Of a stretch of 64,000 bases of DNA, positions 54,125-64,000 are shown piece by piece. Numbering within the stretch: the first letter of the stretch is position 1; each line of letters starts with the position of its first letter. The translations under genes were made by a program, and so were the position numbers. Source of the DNA: an uncultured bacterium (GTDB lineage Bacteria > Desulfobacterota_D > UBA1144 > Nemesobacterales > UBA2774); NCBI GenBank assembly GCA_963705505.1, contig CAVPJU010000001.1, positions 192,001 to 256,000 of the forward strand. Direction: 5' to 3'. The notes under the pieces were generated by a model. That model saw nothing but the letters and a program-made list of their open reading frames with translations. It did no database searches and had not been told where the DNA came from.

Positions 54125-55235
54125 CAGGAGGCTCCTCCAGAGTTTCGGGTGGTCTCTTTTCCTTATGACCCTGGCGTTCTCTGCGCTTTCCCTCATGAAC
54201 CTCTACAGCGCGTCTTACCAGACCGGGCTCGGCTATTTCAAAAAACAGGCCGTATGGGTATGTATCGGCATTTTTTCCATGATAGTGGTTTCTTTTATAA
54301 ATAATAAGATCATAAAGCAGTACGCCCTTTATATTTACGGCTTCTCTATACTGCTCCTTCTCTCCGTCCTGGTGTTCGGCAAGGAAGTTTCAGGATCGAA
54401 AAGCTGGATCACTATAGGCTCTTTCGCGACAATACAGCCTTCGGAGCTTGCAAAAATCCCGATAATACTCGCAATAGCCAGATTCTACGACAACGATTAC
54501 GAAGGTATGCCGTACAGCTTGCTCGAACTGATAAAGCCCGTGGTGCTCATCGCTCTGCCGCTCGCGCTCGTCATGCTCCAGCCCGACCTCGGCACCGCCC
54601 TTACAATAATACTTATATCCGGGAGCATGATTTTATTTATGGGAGTGGAGAAAAAATCGATCGCATTGATTCTGGCGGTGGTCATCGGGTTTTCTTATCC
54701 CGCATGGCATTTCTTCCTTAGACCGTACCAGAAGGAGAGGATAAAAACGTTTCTCGAGCCTTCAAAAGACCCTCTCGATTCCGGCTATAACGCTATACAG
54801 TCTCAGATCGCCGTAGGTTCCGGGAGGTTCACGGGAAAGGGGTTTATGTCGGGCTCGCAGACACAGCTGAGGTTTATACCGGCGCAGCAGACCGACTTCG
54901 CTTTCTCCGTGTTTGCGGAGGAATGGGGATTTCTGGGCGGGTTCATGGCGCTGCTCCTCTATTTTATGATTATTCTCTGGATACTCGACACGGCGAGCAG
55001 GGCGAAAGATAAATTTTCCGTGATCACGTGTTTCGGGATTGCGGCCATGTACTTCTGGCATATCGTCGTCAATGTGGGAATGGTCATAGGGCTTCTCCCG
55101 ATTGCCGGTGTACCGCTCTTGCTTATGAGCTACGGCGGGTCTTCGACTCTGACCGCGCTCATCGGTATCGGTGTTGTGCTCGGCATCAGGATGAGGAAGT
55201 TCCCCATACAGGGGCCGGCGGTCGAGCTCAGGTAA
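54111..55235 (+). CDS. rodA: SEDS peptidoglycan polymerase RodA
   Basis: QPSELAK, QPDLGT, TDFAFSVFAEEWG and SYGGSS motifs. Confidence 0.95.
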   Translation: MIMFDRRLLQSFGWSLFLMTLAFSALSLMNLYSASYQTGLGYFKKQAVWVCIGIFSMIVVSFINNKIIKQYALYIYGFSILLLLSVLVFGKEVSGSKSWITIGSFATIQPSELAKIPIILAIARFYDNDYEGMPYSLLELIKPVVLIALPLALVMLQPDLGTALTIILISGSMILFMGVEKKSIALILAVVIGFSYPAWHFFLRPYQKERIKTFLEPSKDPLDSGYNAIQSQIAVGSGRFTGKGFMSGSQTQLRFIPAQQTDFAFSVFAEEWGFLGGFMALLLYFMIILWILDTASRAKDKFSVITCFGIAAMYFWHIVVNVGMVIGLLPIAGVPLLLMSYGGSSTLTALIGIGVVLGIRMRKFPIQGPAVELR

Positions 55236-56205
55236 TCTCCTCCCCCTTGATATCGCTGGGACTCGGTATCCCGCCCAGGCTTTTGGACCGGTGAAGGGCG
55301 CGCAGAATCGCGTTTCCCGTGAGTTCTGCGGCTATTATTCCGACGAGGTTGGCGTCTCCCTCAATCTCCCCGCATGATACGGCGATCACCACGTCCCCGT
55401 CGGCTATCGTATGCACGGGGGATATTACCCTCGCAAGCCCGGTCTGGGCAATATTGGCGATCCTGCCGAGCTCGGATTTTGAGAATTTTGCATTGGTTGC
55501 CACGACTGCCAGCGTCGTGTTTTGAGATTTATCCTCTTTGAAAGTAACTCCTTTTTTAAACAGGTTCACGGTACCGGCGAATCTGCTCCCGCCGGGCGTC
55601 GTCCTTACGCCGGCGAGGATCTCCCCGGTCTTCGGAGATACGACGTCGCCGAATGCGTTAACGACGACGAGAGCCGCTACTATTGGGCCGTTTTCGAATT
55701 TGTAACCGGCCGTTCCGATACCCCCTTTGGTCGCATATTCAAGGCCGAGGAGCTTGCCGATCGTAGCGCCTGTTCCTACCCCAATGCTCCCCTCCTCCAC
55801 CCTCGATGAATCTGCGTTGAGGCACGCCTCGTAACCCATGCGGGCGTCGGGCCTTACCTTTCCGTTCCCTATGCCGAGATCGAATATTACGGCTGTAGGC
55901 ACGGACGGCACTACCATCCCGTACCCTACGCTGAGCCCCGTGTTCCTTTCTTCGAGGTATTTCATCACGCCGCCCGCCGCATCGAGCCCGTAGGCGCTCC
56001 CCCCGGTGAGGAGGATTGCGTGGATCTTGCCGAAAGTATTGTGCGAGAGCAGCGAATCGATCTGCCTCGTGCTTGTACCTCCGCCCCTCAAATCGATTGC
56101 GCCCATCGCCGGTTTATCAAATAGGATTACCGTACATCCGGTCACCGCGTCGAAATCAGACGCGTGGCCGACCCTTATGCCTTCAATGTCTGTGATTGAG
56201 ATCAT
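55228..56205 (-). CDS. DmpA/P1 (S58) family aminopeptidase
   Basis: ITDIEGIRVGH, LTGGSAYGL, NTTLAVVAT and DGDVV motifs. Confidence 0.88.
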   Translation of the reverse strand: MISITDIEGIRVGHASDFDAVTGCTVILFDKPAMGAIDLRGGGTSTRQIDSLLSHNTFGKIHAILLTGGSAYGLDAAGGVMKYLEERNTGLSVGYGMVVPSVPTAVIFDLGIGNGKVRPDARMGYEACLNADSSRVEEGSIGVGTGATIGKLLGLEYATKGGIGTAGYKFENGPIVAALVVVNAFGDVVSPKTGEILAGVRTTPGGSRFAGTVNLFKKGVTFKEDKSQNTTLAVVATNAKFSKSELGRIANIAQTGLARVISPVHTIADGDVVIAVSCGEIEGDANLVGIIAAELTGNAILRALHRSKSLGGIPSPSDIKGEEIT

Positions 56206-56272
56206 GGTGATTATTCTAAAATCAATATTGTTTATTTCAAAGTCGGCCCCTTCTCCGCGCCCCCGCCTTTAC

Positions 56273-56300
56273 TTGACAGGATACGATAATCAGATAAAAT
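56273..56300 (+). promoter_or_regulatory. Putative sigma70 promoter of the cytochrome oxidase operon
   Basis: TTGACA-N16-TAAAAT. Confidence 0.5.
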
Positions 56301-56462
56301 CTTCCACGTTTTTAGGTTATTAGGGTTAAGGTATTTTCGGATAGATAACCCGTTTTGTTTTCATTATAATATCCTGTATTCACCCCAAATTATGATTGAA
56401 CGCCTGACACGTGTTGATAGACGAAACAAATGGTATTGTGTAACGGGTTTGGGTAACCGGGC

Positions 56463-57299
56463 GTGAAGGGAATCAGGCTTGAAAATATGTATAATCCGAA
56501 AGCGATAATAAGGATATCCGTTATTTTTTTAATTTTCTCTGCGAATTATGCGTTTGCCATAACCGACGCGAGGGACGTGAAAAACATCGGGTTTGACGAA
56601 AAGCTCGGTGCCCTAGTGCCCGGCGACATAACGTTCCGTGATGAAAACAACGAGCCGGTAAAAATTAAGGATTTATTCACACCCGGTAAGCCCGTAATAT
56701 TGAACCTCGCTTATTTCGGGTGCCCGAGGCTTTGCAGTATTACGGCGGACGGTCTTATTCAGGTCATGAACGAGCAGAAATCACTCGAACTCGGAAAGGA
56801 TTTTAAAATTCTGACTGTCAGTTTCGACCCCAAAGATACCCCGGAATCGGCCGGAGCTAAGGCTGCCCGATACCGTGAGAGGGTACAGCAAGGGGAATCT
56901 CTCAAGGAGAATTGGTTATTTTTAACTTCCGACCGGGAAGATATAAAAAAGCTGACGGACGCAGTCGGGTTTAAATTCAAACCTGACGGTGATCAATTCG
57001 CCCATCCTTCCGGTGTGATTATTCTTACCCCGGAGGGAAAAATTTCCAGATATCTAGAGGGCATTCAATACGACCCCACTGACTTCAGGCTTGCCCTGCT
57101 CGAAGCGTCCAGGGGGAAAATCGGTTCCTCCGAAGTTATAAATAAGGTTCTCCTTTTCTGTTACGAATTCGACCCTATAGGCAAGAGATACGCACTCAAG
57201 GCTTTGAACATCGTCAAGGCGGCGGGAGTCGTTACGTTGCTGTCCGTTTGCGGGGTGTTGACATATTTCTGGAGAAGAGAGAGGAAGGAGCCCGAATAG
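56463..57299 (+). CDS. SCO/SenC family copper chaperone
   Basis: CPRLC (CxxxC), conserved His in FAHPS, C-terminal TM; start may be ATG at 56487. Confidence 0.9.
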   Translation: MKGIRLENMYNPKAIIRISVIFLIFSANYAFAITDARDVKNIGFDEKLGALVPGDITFRDENNEPVKIKDLFTPGKPVILNLAYFGCPRLCSITADGLIQVMNEQKSLELGKDFKILTVSFDPKDTPESAGAKAARYRERVQQGESLKENWLFLTSDREDIKKLTDAVGFKFKPDGDQFAHPSGVIILTPEGKISRYLEGIQYDPTDFRLALLEASRGKIGSSEVINKVLLFCYEFDPIGKRYALKALNIVKAAGVVTLLSVCGVLTYFWRRERKEPE

Positions 57300-57323
57300 G
57301 AGAATGGAGGTTTAAAGAGACAA

Positions 57324-58262
57324 ATGACTTGGATTCCAGAGGCCGCATCGAATCTAGCAAACAAGGTGGACGGAGTAATCCTGCTGATTACTCTGATGTC
57401 GCTTGTATTTTTCATACTCATAACGGTGGTTCTCGTATATTTTGCCATCAAATACAGAAGAAGAAGTGAGGACGAGGAAACACCCTATATAACGGGGAAC
57501 GAGCCTCTCGAGATAATCTGGACCGTCATACCGTCCATTCTGCTGATAGTGCTCTTTATATACGGTTATGTCGTTTTTAAGGAAATGAGGACGCCTCCCA
57601 AGGACGCTGTGGATATAGAGGTTCAGGCAAAGCAGTGGCTGTGGACGTTTGATTATTATAACGGCAAGAAAACGATTAATGAGTTGTACGTCCAGCAGAA
57701 CAGGCCGGTGCGGCTCGTCATGCAGTCGGAGGACGTACTTCACGACTTGTTTGTCCCGGCATTCCGCATGAAGCAGGACGTAGTTCCCGGCAGATACGTT
57801 CAGGAGTGGTTTACGCCTACCAAGATCGGCACATTCGATATTTTTTGCGCGGAGTACTGCGGTACGGGACATTCTGCTATGCGTGCTAAGGTCATAGTGC
57901 TGAGTCCGGAGGCTTACGACATATGGGAGCACGGGGCAAAGGCCGGGGAGGGTGCGGGCGTTGCGTCACTCCCGCCCGCCGAGCTCGGGCAGAAAATATA
58001 CAAGGAAAAAGGATGTAATGCCTGTCACAGCATTGACGGGTCGGTGATTGTCGGTCCCTCGTTCAAGGGTATATACGGCCATACGGTGGATTTACAGGAC
58101 GGCTCAAAAGTTGATGTGGATGAGAATTATATCAGGCAATCTATATTAGAGCCTCAATCACAGATGGTAAAGGGTTTTCCGCCTGTAATGCCTTCGTTTA
58201 AGGGCATACTGAGTGATGACGATATTACTGGGGTAATAGCTTACATTAAGACGTTAAAATAG
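57324..58262 (+). CDS. coxB: Cytochrome c oxidase subunit II with fused cytochrome c (caa3 type)
   Basis: [22 protein letters not shown]uA motif; C-terminal CNACH. Confidence 0.95.
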   Translation: MTWIPEAASNLANKVDGVILLITLMSLVFFILITVVLVYFAIKYRRRSEDEETPYITGNEPLEIIWTVIPSILLIVLFIYGYVVFKEMRTPPKDAVDIEVQAKQWLWTFDYYNGKKTINELYVQQNRPVRLVMQSEDVLHDLFVPAFRMKQDVVPGRYVQEWFTPTKIGTFDIFCAEYCGTGHSAMRAKVIVLSPEAYDIWEHGAKAGEGAGVASLPPAELGQKIYKEKGCNACHSIDGSVIVGPSFKGIYGHTVDLQDGSKVDVDENYIRQSILEPQSQMVKGFPPVMPSFKGILSDDDITGVIAYIKTLK

Positions 58263-58291
58263 GTGTTTTGATATTAAGGAGGCTAGGTTTT

Positions 58292-59893
58292 ATGGCAAAT
58301 CATACGATTGCCCACAATGCGTATGTTCCCTTCCTCGAAAAGAAGGGGATACTCTCCTGGATTCTTTCTACCGACCATAAACGCATCGGGATAATGTATC
58401 TCGTATCAATTTCTTTTTTCTTCCTTCTGGCTGGAGTACTCGCTCTTCTGATGAGGTACGAGCTGCTCACGCCTCAATCTGATTTCGTTCAGCCCCATAC
58501 GTATAATGTGCTCTTTACGCTGCACGGATCGATAATGGTTTTCTTCTTTATCGTTCCGGGACTCGCCGCGAGCTTCGGCAATTTCCTCATACCGCTTATG
58601 ATAGGCGCTCCCGATGTAGCGTTTCCGAAGCTCAACCTCGGCAGTTATTGGATCTACCTGCTGGGAACGCTGATAATGATTCTTGCGCTTTCGAAACCGG
58701 CGGACACGGGATGGACTTTTTATACTCCTTACAGCGCACAAACCCAAACGGACGTGGTTTTACTTACACTAGGAGTTTTCGTTCTCGGGTTCTCGTCGAT
58801 TCTAACGGGACTCAACTTCATAGTCACAATTCACAAGATGAGAGCGCCCGGTATGACCTGGCACAGGCTTCCGCTTTTTATCTGGGCCTCTTACGCTACG
58901 GCGATTTTGCAGCTCCTGGCTACTCCGGTCGTCGGCATTACGCTTTTGCTTCTGATTGCCGAGAGGACGCTGGGTGTCGGATTTTTCGATCCGGCGAAAG
59001 GAGGGGATCCGGTTTTGTTCCAGAATTTTTTCTGGTTCTACTCCCATCCGGCGGTTTACATTATGATCATTCCCGCGATGGGCGTAATTTCGGAGATTAT
59101 TCCGGTATTCGCAAGGAAGCCCATATTCGGTTATAAAGCGATAGCTTATTCGAGTCTCGGTATCGCGTTTATAAGCTTTCTCGTATGGGCCCACCACATG
59201 TTTGTGGCCGGCATTTCCGAAACCGCAGCGACGATTTTCTCATTCCTGACATTCCTTGTCGCAATACCCACGGCTATTAAAGTATTTAACTGGACGGCGA
59301 CTCTCTACAAAGGCTCTATCCAGCTGCACTCCGCCATGCTCTACGCCCTGTCCTTTATATTCCTCTTTACCATAGGCGGGCTTACCGGACTTTTCCTGGG
59401 AGCGCTTGCGGCCGATGTGCATCTCCACGACACATACTTTGTAGTCGCCCATATGCACTATGTAATGATAGGCGGAACGGTGATGGGGTTCTTCGGCGGC
59501 CTTCATTTCTGGTATGCCAAGTGGTTCGGCAGGATGTTTAACGAAACGGTCGCTAAGATCGCGTGGTTTTTCATATTCATCGGCTTCAACGTTACGTTCT
59601 TCCCGCAGTTTTTCCTGGGAATACAGGGTATGCCGAGAAGATATGCCACTTATCCCGCCGAATTCCAGCCCCTCATGTCGCTTTCCACTTACGGGTCATG
59701 GATACTGGGGGTCGGTATATTCATAATGACTGTTAATCTCATAGTCGGCCTGATAAGAGGAGAAAAGGCCCCTCAGAACCCTTACGGTTCGCTTTCTTTA
59801 GAATGGCAGGTGCCTTCACCCCCGCCGCATGAGAATTTTGAAGAAATACCACACGTGACGGATTGGTCTTACGGGTACGGAAAAAAGAAATAA
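58292..59893 (+). CDS. coxA: Cytochrome c oxidase subunit I, family A2
   Basis: [22 protein letters not shown] (A2 YS motif), [11 protein letters not shown] and GMPRR motifs. Confidence 0.96.
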   Translation: MANHTIAHNAYVPFLEKKGILSWILSTDHKRIGIMYLVSISFFFLLAGVLALLMRYELLTPQSDFVQPHTYNVLFTLHGSIMVFFFIVPGLAASFGNFLIPLMIGAPDVAFPKLNLGSYWIYLLGTLIMILALSKPADTGWTFYTPYSAQTQTDVVLLTLGVFVLGFSSILTGLNFIVTIHKMRAPGMTWHRLPLFIWASYATAILQLLATPVVGITLLLLIAERTLGVGFFDPAKGGDPVLFQNFFWFYSHPAVYIMIIPAMGVISEIIPVFARKPIFGYKAIAYSSLGIAFISFLVWAHHMFVAGISETAATIFSFLTFLVAIPTAIKVFNWTATLYKGSIQLHSAMLYALSFIFLFTIGGLTGLFLGALAADVHLHDTYFVVAHMHYVMIGGTVMGFFGGLHFWYAKWFGRMFNETVAKIAWFFIFIGFNVTFFPQFFLGIQGMPRRYATYPAEFQPLMSLSTYGSWILGVGIFIMTVNLIVGLIRGEKAPQNPYGSLSLEWQVPSPPPHENFEEIPHVTDWSYGYGKKK

Positions 59894-59905
59894 TCGGAGG
59901 CGTAA

Positions 59906-60511
59906 ATGGGTGACGCTAGCGCAGAACATACACACGGACACCAGGTGGACCCTGCTGTAGAGTACAGCTCGTCAAAGCTGGGCATGTGGCTCTTTCTCGG
60001 GACTGAAATACTGCTTTTCGGAGGGCTTTTTGCGGCTTATGCAATTTTTCGCGCCAAATATCCGGAAATGTTTTTCGAGCAGCATCTAGAGTTGAATAAG
60101 AAGATGGGTGCGATAAACACATGCATCCTGATATTCAGCAGTTTAACCATGGCTATGGGTGTTTCCGCAATTCAGCGCGGCAAACAAAAGACTACTGCAA
60201 TATTGATTCTGATTACGATACTGTGCGGGCTCGGGTTCGGTGTAGTAAAATATTTCGAGTACAGTGCAAAGTTCCATCACCACTTATACCCGAGTACGAG
60301 TATTTTCTTTTCCCTTTATTTCATGATGACCGGGCTGCACATGCTTCACGTTTTCATAGGATTATTGATACTCAGTACTTTATTCGTCCTGACTCTCAAA
60401 GGTAAGTTTTCTGCAAAATACAGTACCCCTGTGGAGGTGGGAGGGCTTTACTGGCACCTGGTGGACTTGATATGGATATATTTATTTCCGTTACTTTATC
60501 TTATCGGCTGA
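59906..60511 (+). CDS. coxC: Cytochrome c oxidase subunit III
   Basis: GMWLFLGTE, TGLHMLHV and YWHLVDLIW motifs. Confidence 0.95.
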   Translation: MGDASAEHTHGHQVDPAVEYSSSKLGMWLFLGTEILLFGGLFAAYAIFRAKYPEMFFEQHLELNKKMGAINTCILIFSSLTMAMGVSAIQRGKQKTTAILILITILCGLGFGVVKYFEYSAKFHHHLYPSTSIFFSLYFMMTGLHMLHVFIGLLILSTLFVLTLKGKFSAKYSTPVEVGGLYWHLVDLIWIYLFPLLYLIG

Positions 60512-60528
60512 ACGGAGGTTAAATTGAA

Positions 60529-60837
60529 ATGGCAACAAATGCACATGCTGAAGAACATCATATAACAACCAACAAGACCTACATCGTTGTGTGGATCGCA
60601 CTCATGGTTCTGACCGCAACCACGGTCTATGTTTCATATATAAATTTCGGGATGCTCAACATTGTCATAGCGTTGACGATCGCTTCCATAAAAGCGACTA
60701 TAGTGGCTCTATATTTCATGCATCTCAAGTTTGAGGATTCGATCACATGGGTGTTCGCGCTCTTCCCTCTGAGCCTGCTGGCTCTTCTGATTGCCATGAC
60801 AATTACCGATACATTCACGAGGGTGGTTGTCCCTTAG
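60529..60837 (+). CDS. coxD: Cytochrome c oxidase subunit IV
   Basis: KATIVALYFMHLK motif; three TM helices. Confidence 0.92.
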   Translation: MATNAHAEEHHITTNKTYIVVWIALMVLTATTVYVSYINFGMLNIVIALTIASIKATIVALYFMHLKFEDSITWVFALFPLSLLALLIAMTITDTFTRVVVP

Positions 60838-60846
60838 CTCGGACAA

Positions 60847-61704
60847 TTGATGATAGCAAAAATTACCCTTTTTCTTCTATTTCTTCTCTTAGTTTGGGGT
60901 AATCTGGTTGCCGGTCTTAAAGCGGGACTGGCCTGTCCGGATTGGCCGCTCTGTCACGGGACGGTGCTCCCCCCTTTCAGGTGGGATATTTACATGGAGT
61001 ACATGCACAGGGTCATAGGAGGTGTGACCTCCGTCTTCCTTATTATCCTCACGTATCAGAGGTTCCGCAGCTATAGCAGCTCCGTAAAATTGGTCCCCGT
61101 AATCATAGTGCTCCTGCTTCTGATACAGATAGTCCTGGGCGGCATAGTCGTACTGCTTGAAATCCCGGTCGATCTTACCACGTATCACTTCGCAAACGCA
61201 ATTGTGATTTTTTCATTGGCTCTGTATATCGCTTTTTATGACGGCAGGGAAAGGAAGCCGCATTTCAGTATAAGCGGTTATAAGGGAATTTTTTTCCTTC
61301 TTGGTTTTCTCATCTTCATTCAGGCGGTGCTCGGCGCCTATGTGAGGCATTCGGGATCGGGTCTCGCGTGCCCCGATTTCCCCAAGTGTCTGGGTTACTG
61401 GATACCTCCTCAGCTGACGGGAATTATTCTCAACCACTTCGTTCACAGAGCGGTGGCTTATATAATTGCTGTTACCGTGCTCATGCTTCTGGTGTTCTCA
61501 TATATGGTTAAGGGTCTAAAAATTTTTCGTAAGGAATTATTGATAATATTCTGTCTGATCCTCGTTCAAATCGCGCTTGGAGTCGGCGTGGTTCAAACGA
61601 AGCTTTACTTTGCCGTGACCGCCCTTCATTTGTCTTTTGCCCTGTTAATACTCTCTCTTACGCTTTATACTTGGTTCCGGGGAATGGAGGAAAGTTATTC
61701 GTAA
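60847..61704 (+). CDS. ctaA: Heme A synthase (type 1)
   Basis: GLACPDWPLC, EYMHR, second GLACPDFPKC and HR motifs. Confidence 0.92.
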   Translation: MMIAKITLFLLFLLLVWGNLVAGLKAGLACPDWPLCHGTVLPPFRWDIYMEYMHRVIGGVTSVFLIILTYQRFRSYSSSVKLVPVIIVLLLLIQIVLGGIVVLLEIPVDLTTYHFANAIVIFSLALYIAFYDGRERKPHFSISGYKGIFFLLGFLIFIQAVLGAYVRHSGSGLACPDFPKCLGYWIPPQLTGIILNHFVHRAVAYIIAVTVLMLLVFSYMVKGLKIFRKELLIIFCLILVQIALGVGVVQTKLYFAVTALHLSFALLILSLTLYTWFRGMEESYS

Positions 61705-61733
61705 TTTTAGAATCTTGTGACTGAATCCGTGAA

Positions 61734-62648
61734 ATGAATACGATCGAGCATATCGACAGGGCGCCCGCAAAGATAGTCGTCTCGACTATACTGCTTTCGA
61801 AGCCGGGGATAATTCTGAGCGTGGCGTTTACGGGTTTTGCCGGAATGGTTCTGGCTAACCGCGGAATTCCGCCTCTCGGGCTGACCGTGAAGGCCGTGCT
61901 TTCCCTGCTCCTGAGCGCCGCGGGCTCCGCGATACTGAACAACGTGCTCGACAAGCAGCTGGACATACTCATGAGCAGGCTCAGCAAGCGTGTGGACGCG
62001 CTTGAAGTCGTCGGTGAAAAGACAGCCGTGCTAATCTCTCTCATCTTCATTACGGTCTCGCTTTTTATCTCCTTTTATTATCTCAACACGGTGAACGCCG
62101 CCCTGATAATCGCCGCGATCCTGAGCTATACGCTGCTTTATACACTTTACCTCAAACGGAGCTCCCCTTACGGGACGATTCTCGGCGGGCTCCCGGGAGC
62201 GCTTCCCATACTCGTCGGATATTCCGCCGTGAACCCGCACATCGGCGTCGACGGTATAATACTTTTCGTATTCATGATGCTCTGGCAGCCCCCTCATTTC
62301 TGGGCCCTCGCCCAGAAATATAAGCTCGATTATAAAAAAGCCGGGGTGCCCGTCATGCCTGTCGCCCTGGGCACGAAATTCACGAATATAATGATACTTC
62401 TTTATTCGATCTCGCTCCTGCCACTTTCGCTTTCGCTCTGGTTCCTGAATTACTGCTCGGATTATTATGCTGTATTCGCGATCATCTCGGGCATCTATTT
62501 CGAATACGTGATGATCCGGAGCGCATTAACGAATACGGGTTACGGAAAGGCGTTCGGCGCATCCATCGTATACATGCTTGTCATTATGGCGTCACTGATA
62601 TTGGATCTGTCTTTCGGCTCCGCAAACGCGGTAATCGGTAATTTCTAA
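61734..62648 (+). CDS. ctaB: Protoheme IX farnesyltransferase (heme O synthase)
   Basis: KPGI, NNVLDKQLDILMSR, YTLYLKR, WQPPHFWAL and DYKKAGVP motifs. Confidence 0.94.
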   Translation: MNTIEHIDRAPAKIVVSTILLSKPGIILSVAFTGFAGMVLANRGIPPLGLTVKAVLSLLLSAAGSAILNNVLDKQLDILMSRLSKRVDALEVVGEKTAVLISLIFITVSLFISFYYLNTVNAALIIAAILSYTLLYTLYLKRSSPYGTILGGLPGALPILVGYSAVNPHIGVDGIILFVFMMLWQPPHFWALAQKYKLDYKKAGVPVMPVALGTKFTNIMILLYSISLLPLSLSLWFLNYCSDYYAVFAIISGIYFEYVMIRSALTNTGYGKAFGASIVYMLVIMASLILDLSFGSANAVIGNF

Positions 62649-62714
62649 GCTCATATTGTGCAATCCGAGTATGGCCTGGGGGCGTGTGGATACGTAACGT
62701 GCTTGCCCGGGGGA

Positions 62715-64000
62715 CTAAACCGCCAGATTCTTCAGAAGCCCCTTCAGTTTGGTAAGCGGCTCATTCAGAGAGTTTATGGAATCCACCCAGAAACCGGGTG
62801 ATTCGAGGTCCCTGCCTATGCTCCTCTTTGCCACGTTCTCAGCCGTGTCGGAGCCCGAGAGCCTGAGGAATTCCTCGTATTTCGGAAGGAATTCATTTCC
62901 TTCCCTTTTGAACATCGAGAACAGGCCGCGGCTCAGAAGGTAGCCGAACGTATACGGGAAGTTGTAGAAGGTTATGCCCGTTATATAGAAATGCAGCTTC
63001 GATGCCCAGAAATAGGGGTCTTCCCCTCCCTCCTCCAGCACGTCGCCGAATATTCTCCGCTGGGTTTCGGCCATCAGCTCTTTGAGCCTGCTGACGCTTA
63101 CCTCGCCCTTTCGTCTTTCTTCGTAGAAAGCCTTTTCAAACTCGTAACGGACCGGTATGTCCATCATATATATCGCTCCGTGGTTGATTTCCATGTCCAG
63201 CATCAGGGCTTTCTCCGCATCGTTTATGGACGGGTCATCCAGGACGCCCGCGGCCAATATCATCTCCCCGAAGGTGGACGCCGATTCGGCGAGGGTCATG
63301 GGGTAGAAATGCGAGTATGGGCGTATGTCGCTCATGACGTGGCTGTGAAAGGCGTGTCCCGCTTCATGGGCGAGCGTGAGCACGTCCCCCAGTGTCTCGT
63401 TGTACGTCATGAAGATTCTGGACTCTTTGGTGAGGAGGGACCCCGTACAGAAACCGCCTGGACGTTTACCATCGCGCGGCTCCCAATCGATCCACTTCTT
63501 TCTGTAAGCACCTTCCACGAACTTGCCGAGCCTGGGGTAAGAGGCGGAGAACGAGTTTTTAACCATCTTCTTCGCATCGCTCCACGTCAGTCTCTGCTTG
63601 GTCCTGAGGTCGAGAGGCGCGCCGAGGTCATACCATGCAATGCCGCCGCGGTTCATAGTCTCGGCCTTTAACCGGAGTATGCTTCTCGGAAGCTCGAGCT
63701 CTGAGTAAATAGCCTCGAACATTGCGTCGAGCGTTTTTCTGCTTATCGATGACTGAAAAAGTGCGACGTCGAGGAAATGGTCTATCCCCCTGTATCTGTT
63801 AAGGGTGAGACGGGTGCCAGCGATTGCATTTAACGCGGCGGCTGCCGTGTCTTCTATTCTCCGCCATGCCCTGTTTCCCCCCTCGAAGGCGGCTTTTCTT
63901 ATGTGTCTCTCGGGTTTTTCCATAAGCGACCGTCTCTGGGAGATCGGCAGAGTCTTGACCGTGCCGTCCGGATACTCCATTTCGAACTCGAGCTTGCTCG
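62715..64000 (-). CDS. M3B oligoendopeptidase (PepF-like), 5' part outside the window
   Basis: GKRPGGFC, LAHEAGHAFH, LAESASTF and FYNFPYTFG motifs. Confidence 0.92.
   Translation of the reverse strand, partial: SKLEFEMEYPDGTVKTLPISQRRSLMEKPERHIRKAAFEGGNRAWRRIEDTAAAALNAIAGTRLTLNRYRGIDHFLDVALFQSSISRKTLDAMFEAIYSELELPRSILRLKAETMNRGGIAWYDLGAPLDLRTKQRLTWSDAKKMVKNSFSASYPRLGKFVEGAYRKKWIDWEPRDGKRPGGFCTGSLLTKESRIFMTYNETLGDVLTLAHEAGHAFHSHVMSDIRPYSHFYPMTLAESASTFGEMILAAGVLDDPSINDAEKALMLDMEINHGAIYMMDIPVRYEFEKAFYEERRKGEVSVSRLKELMAETQRRIFGDVLEEGGEDPYFWASKLHFYITGITFYNFPYTFGYLLSRGLFSMFKREGNEFLPKYEEFLRLSGSDTAENVAKRSIGRDLESPGFWVDSINSLNEPLTKLKGLLKNLAV

Overview
Gene-dense bacterial chromosomal segment, mostly housekeeping, with no rRNA, tRNA, CRISPR array, integrase or transposase recognisable. 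Gene content and style suggest an aerobic deltaproteobacteria-like lineage such as Ca. Dadabacteria; this is inference only. Main blocks: a copper locus (site-2 protease, copA, cupredoxin); an alternative complex III operon actABCDEF (10.0-17.2 kb); asd/dapA/rnhB; fluC-DUF190; an alpha-2-macroglobulin-pbpC pair; a P450; metY-metX; mreBCD-mrdA-rodA; and a caa3-type (family A2) cytochrome c oxidase operon with sco, ctaA and ctaB. Most notable observations: (1) an uncalled 47-aa single-TM ORF translationally coupled to actF, in a complex whose ActB keeps an intact FS0-type 4-Cys motif and whose ActE lacks a lipobox; (2) an uncalled 26-aa hydrophobic peptide gene with its own RBS and terminator; (3) +1 frameshifts in copA and pbpC at the identical 9-mer CCCTGCCGA, plus a third in ppiA, most likely sequencing indels; (4) an orphan GldC-like gene; (5) a REP/MITE-like inverted repeat upstream of metY. 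All calls come from reading motifs by eye; no database searches were run.
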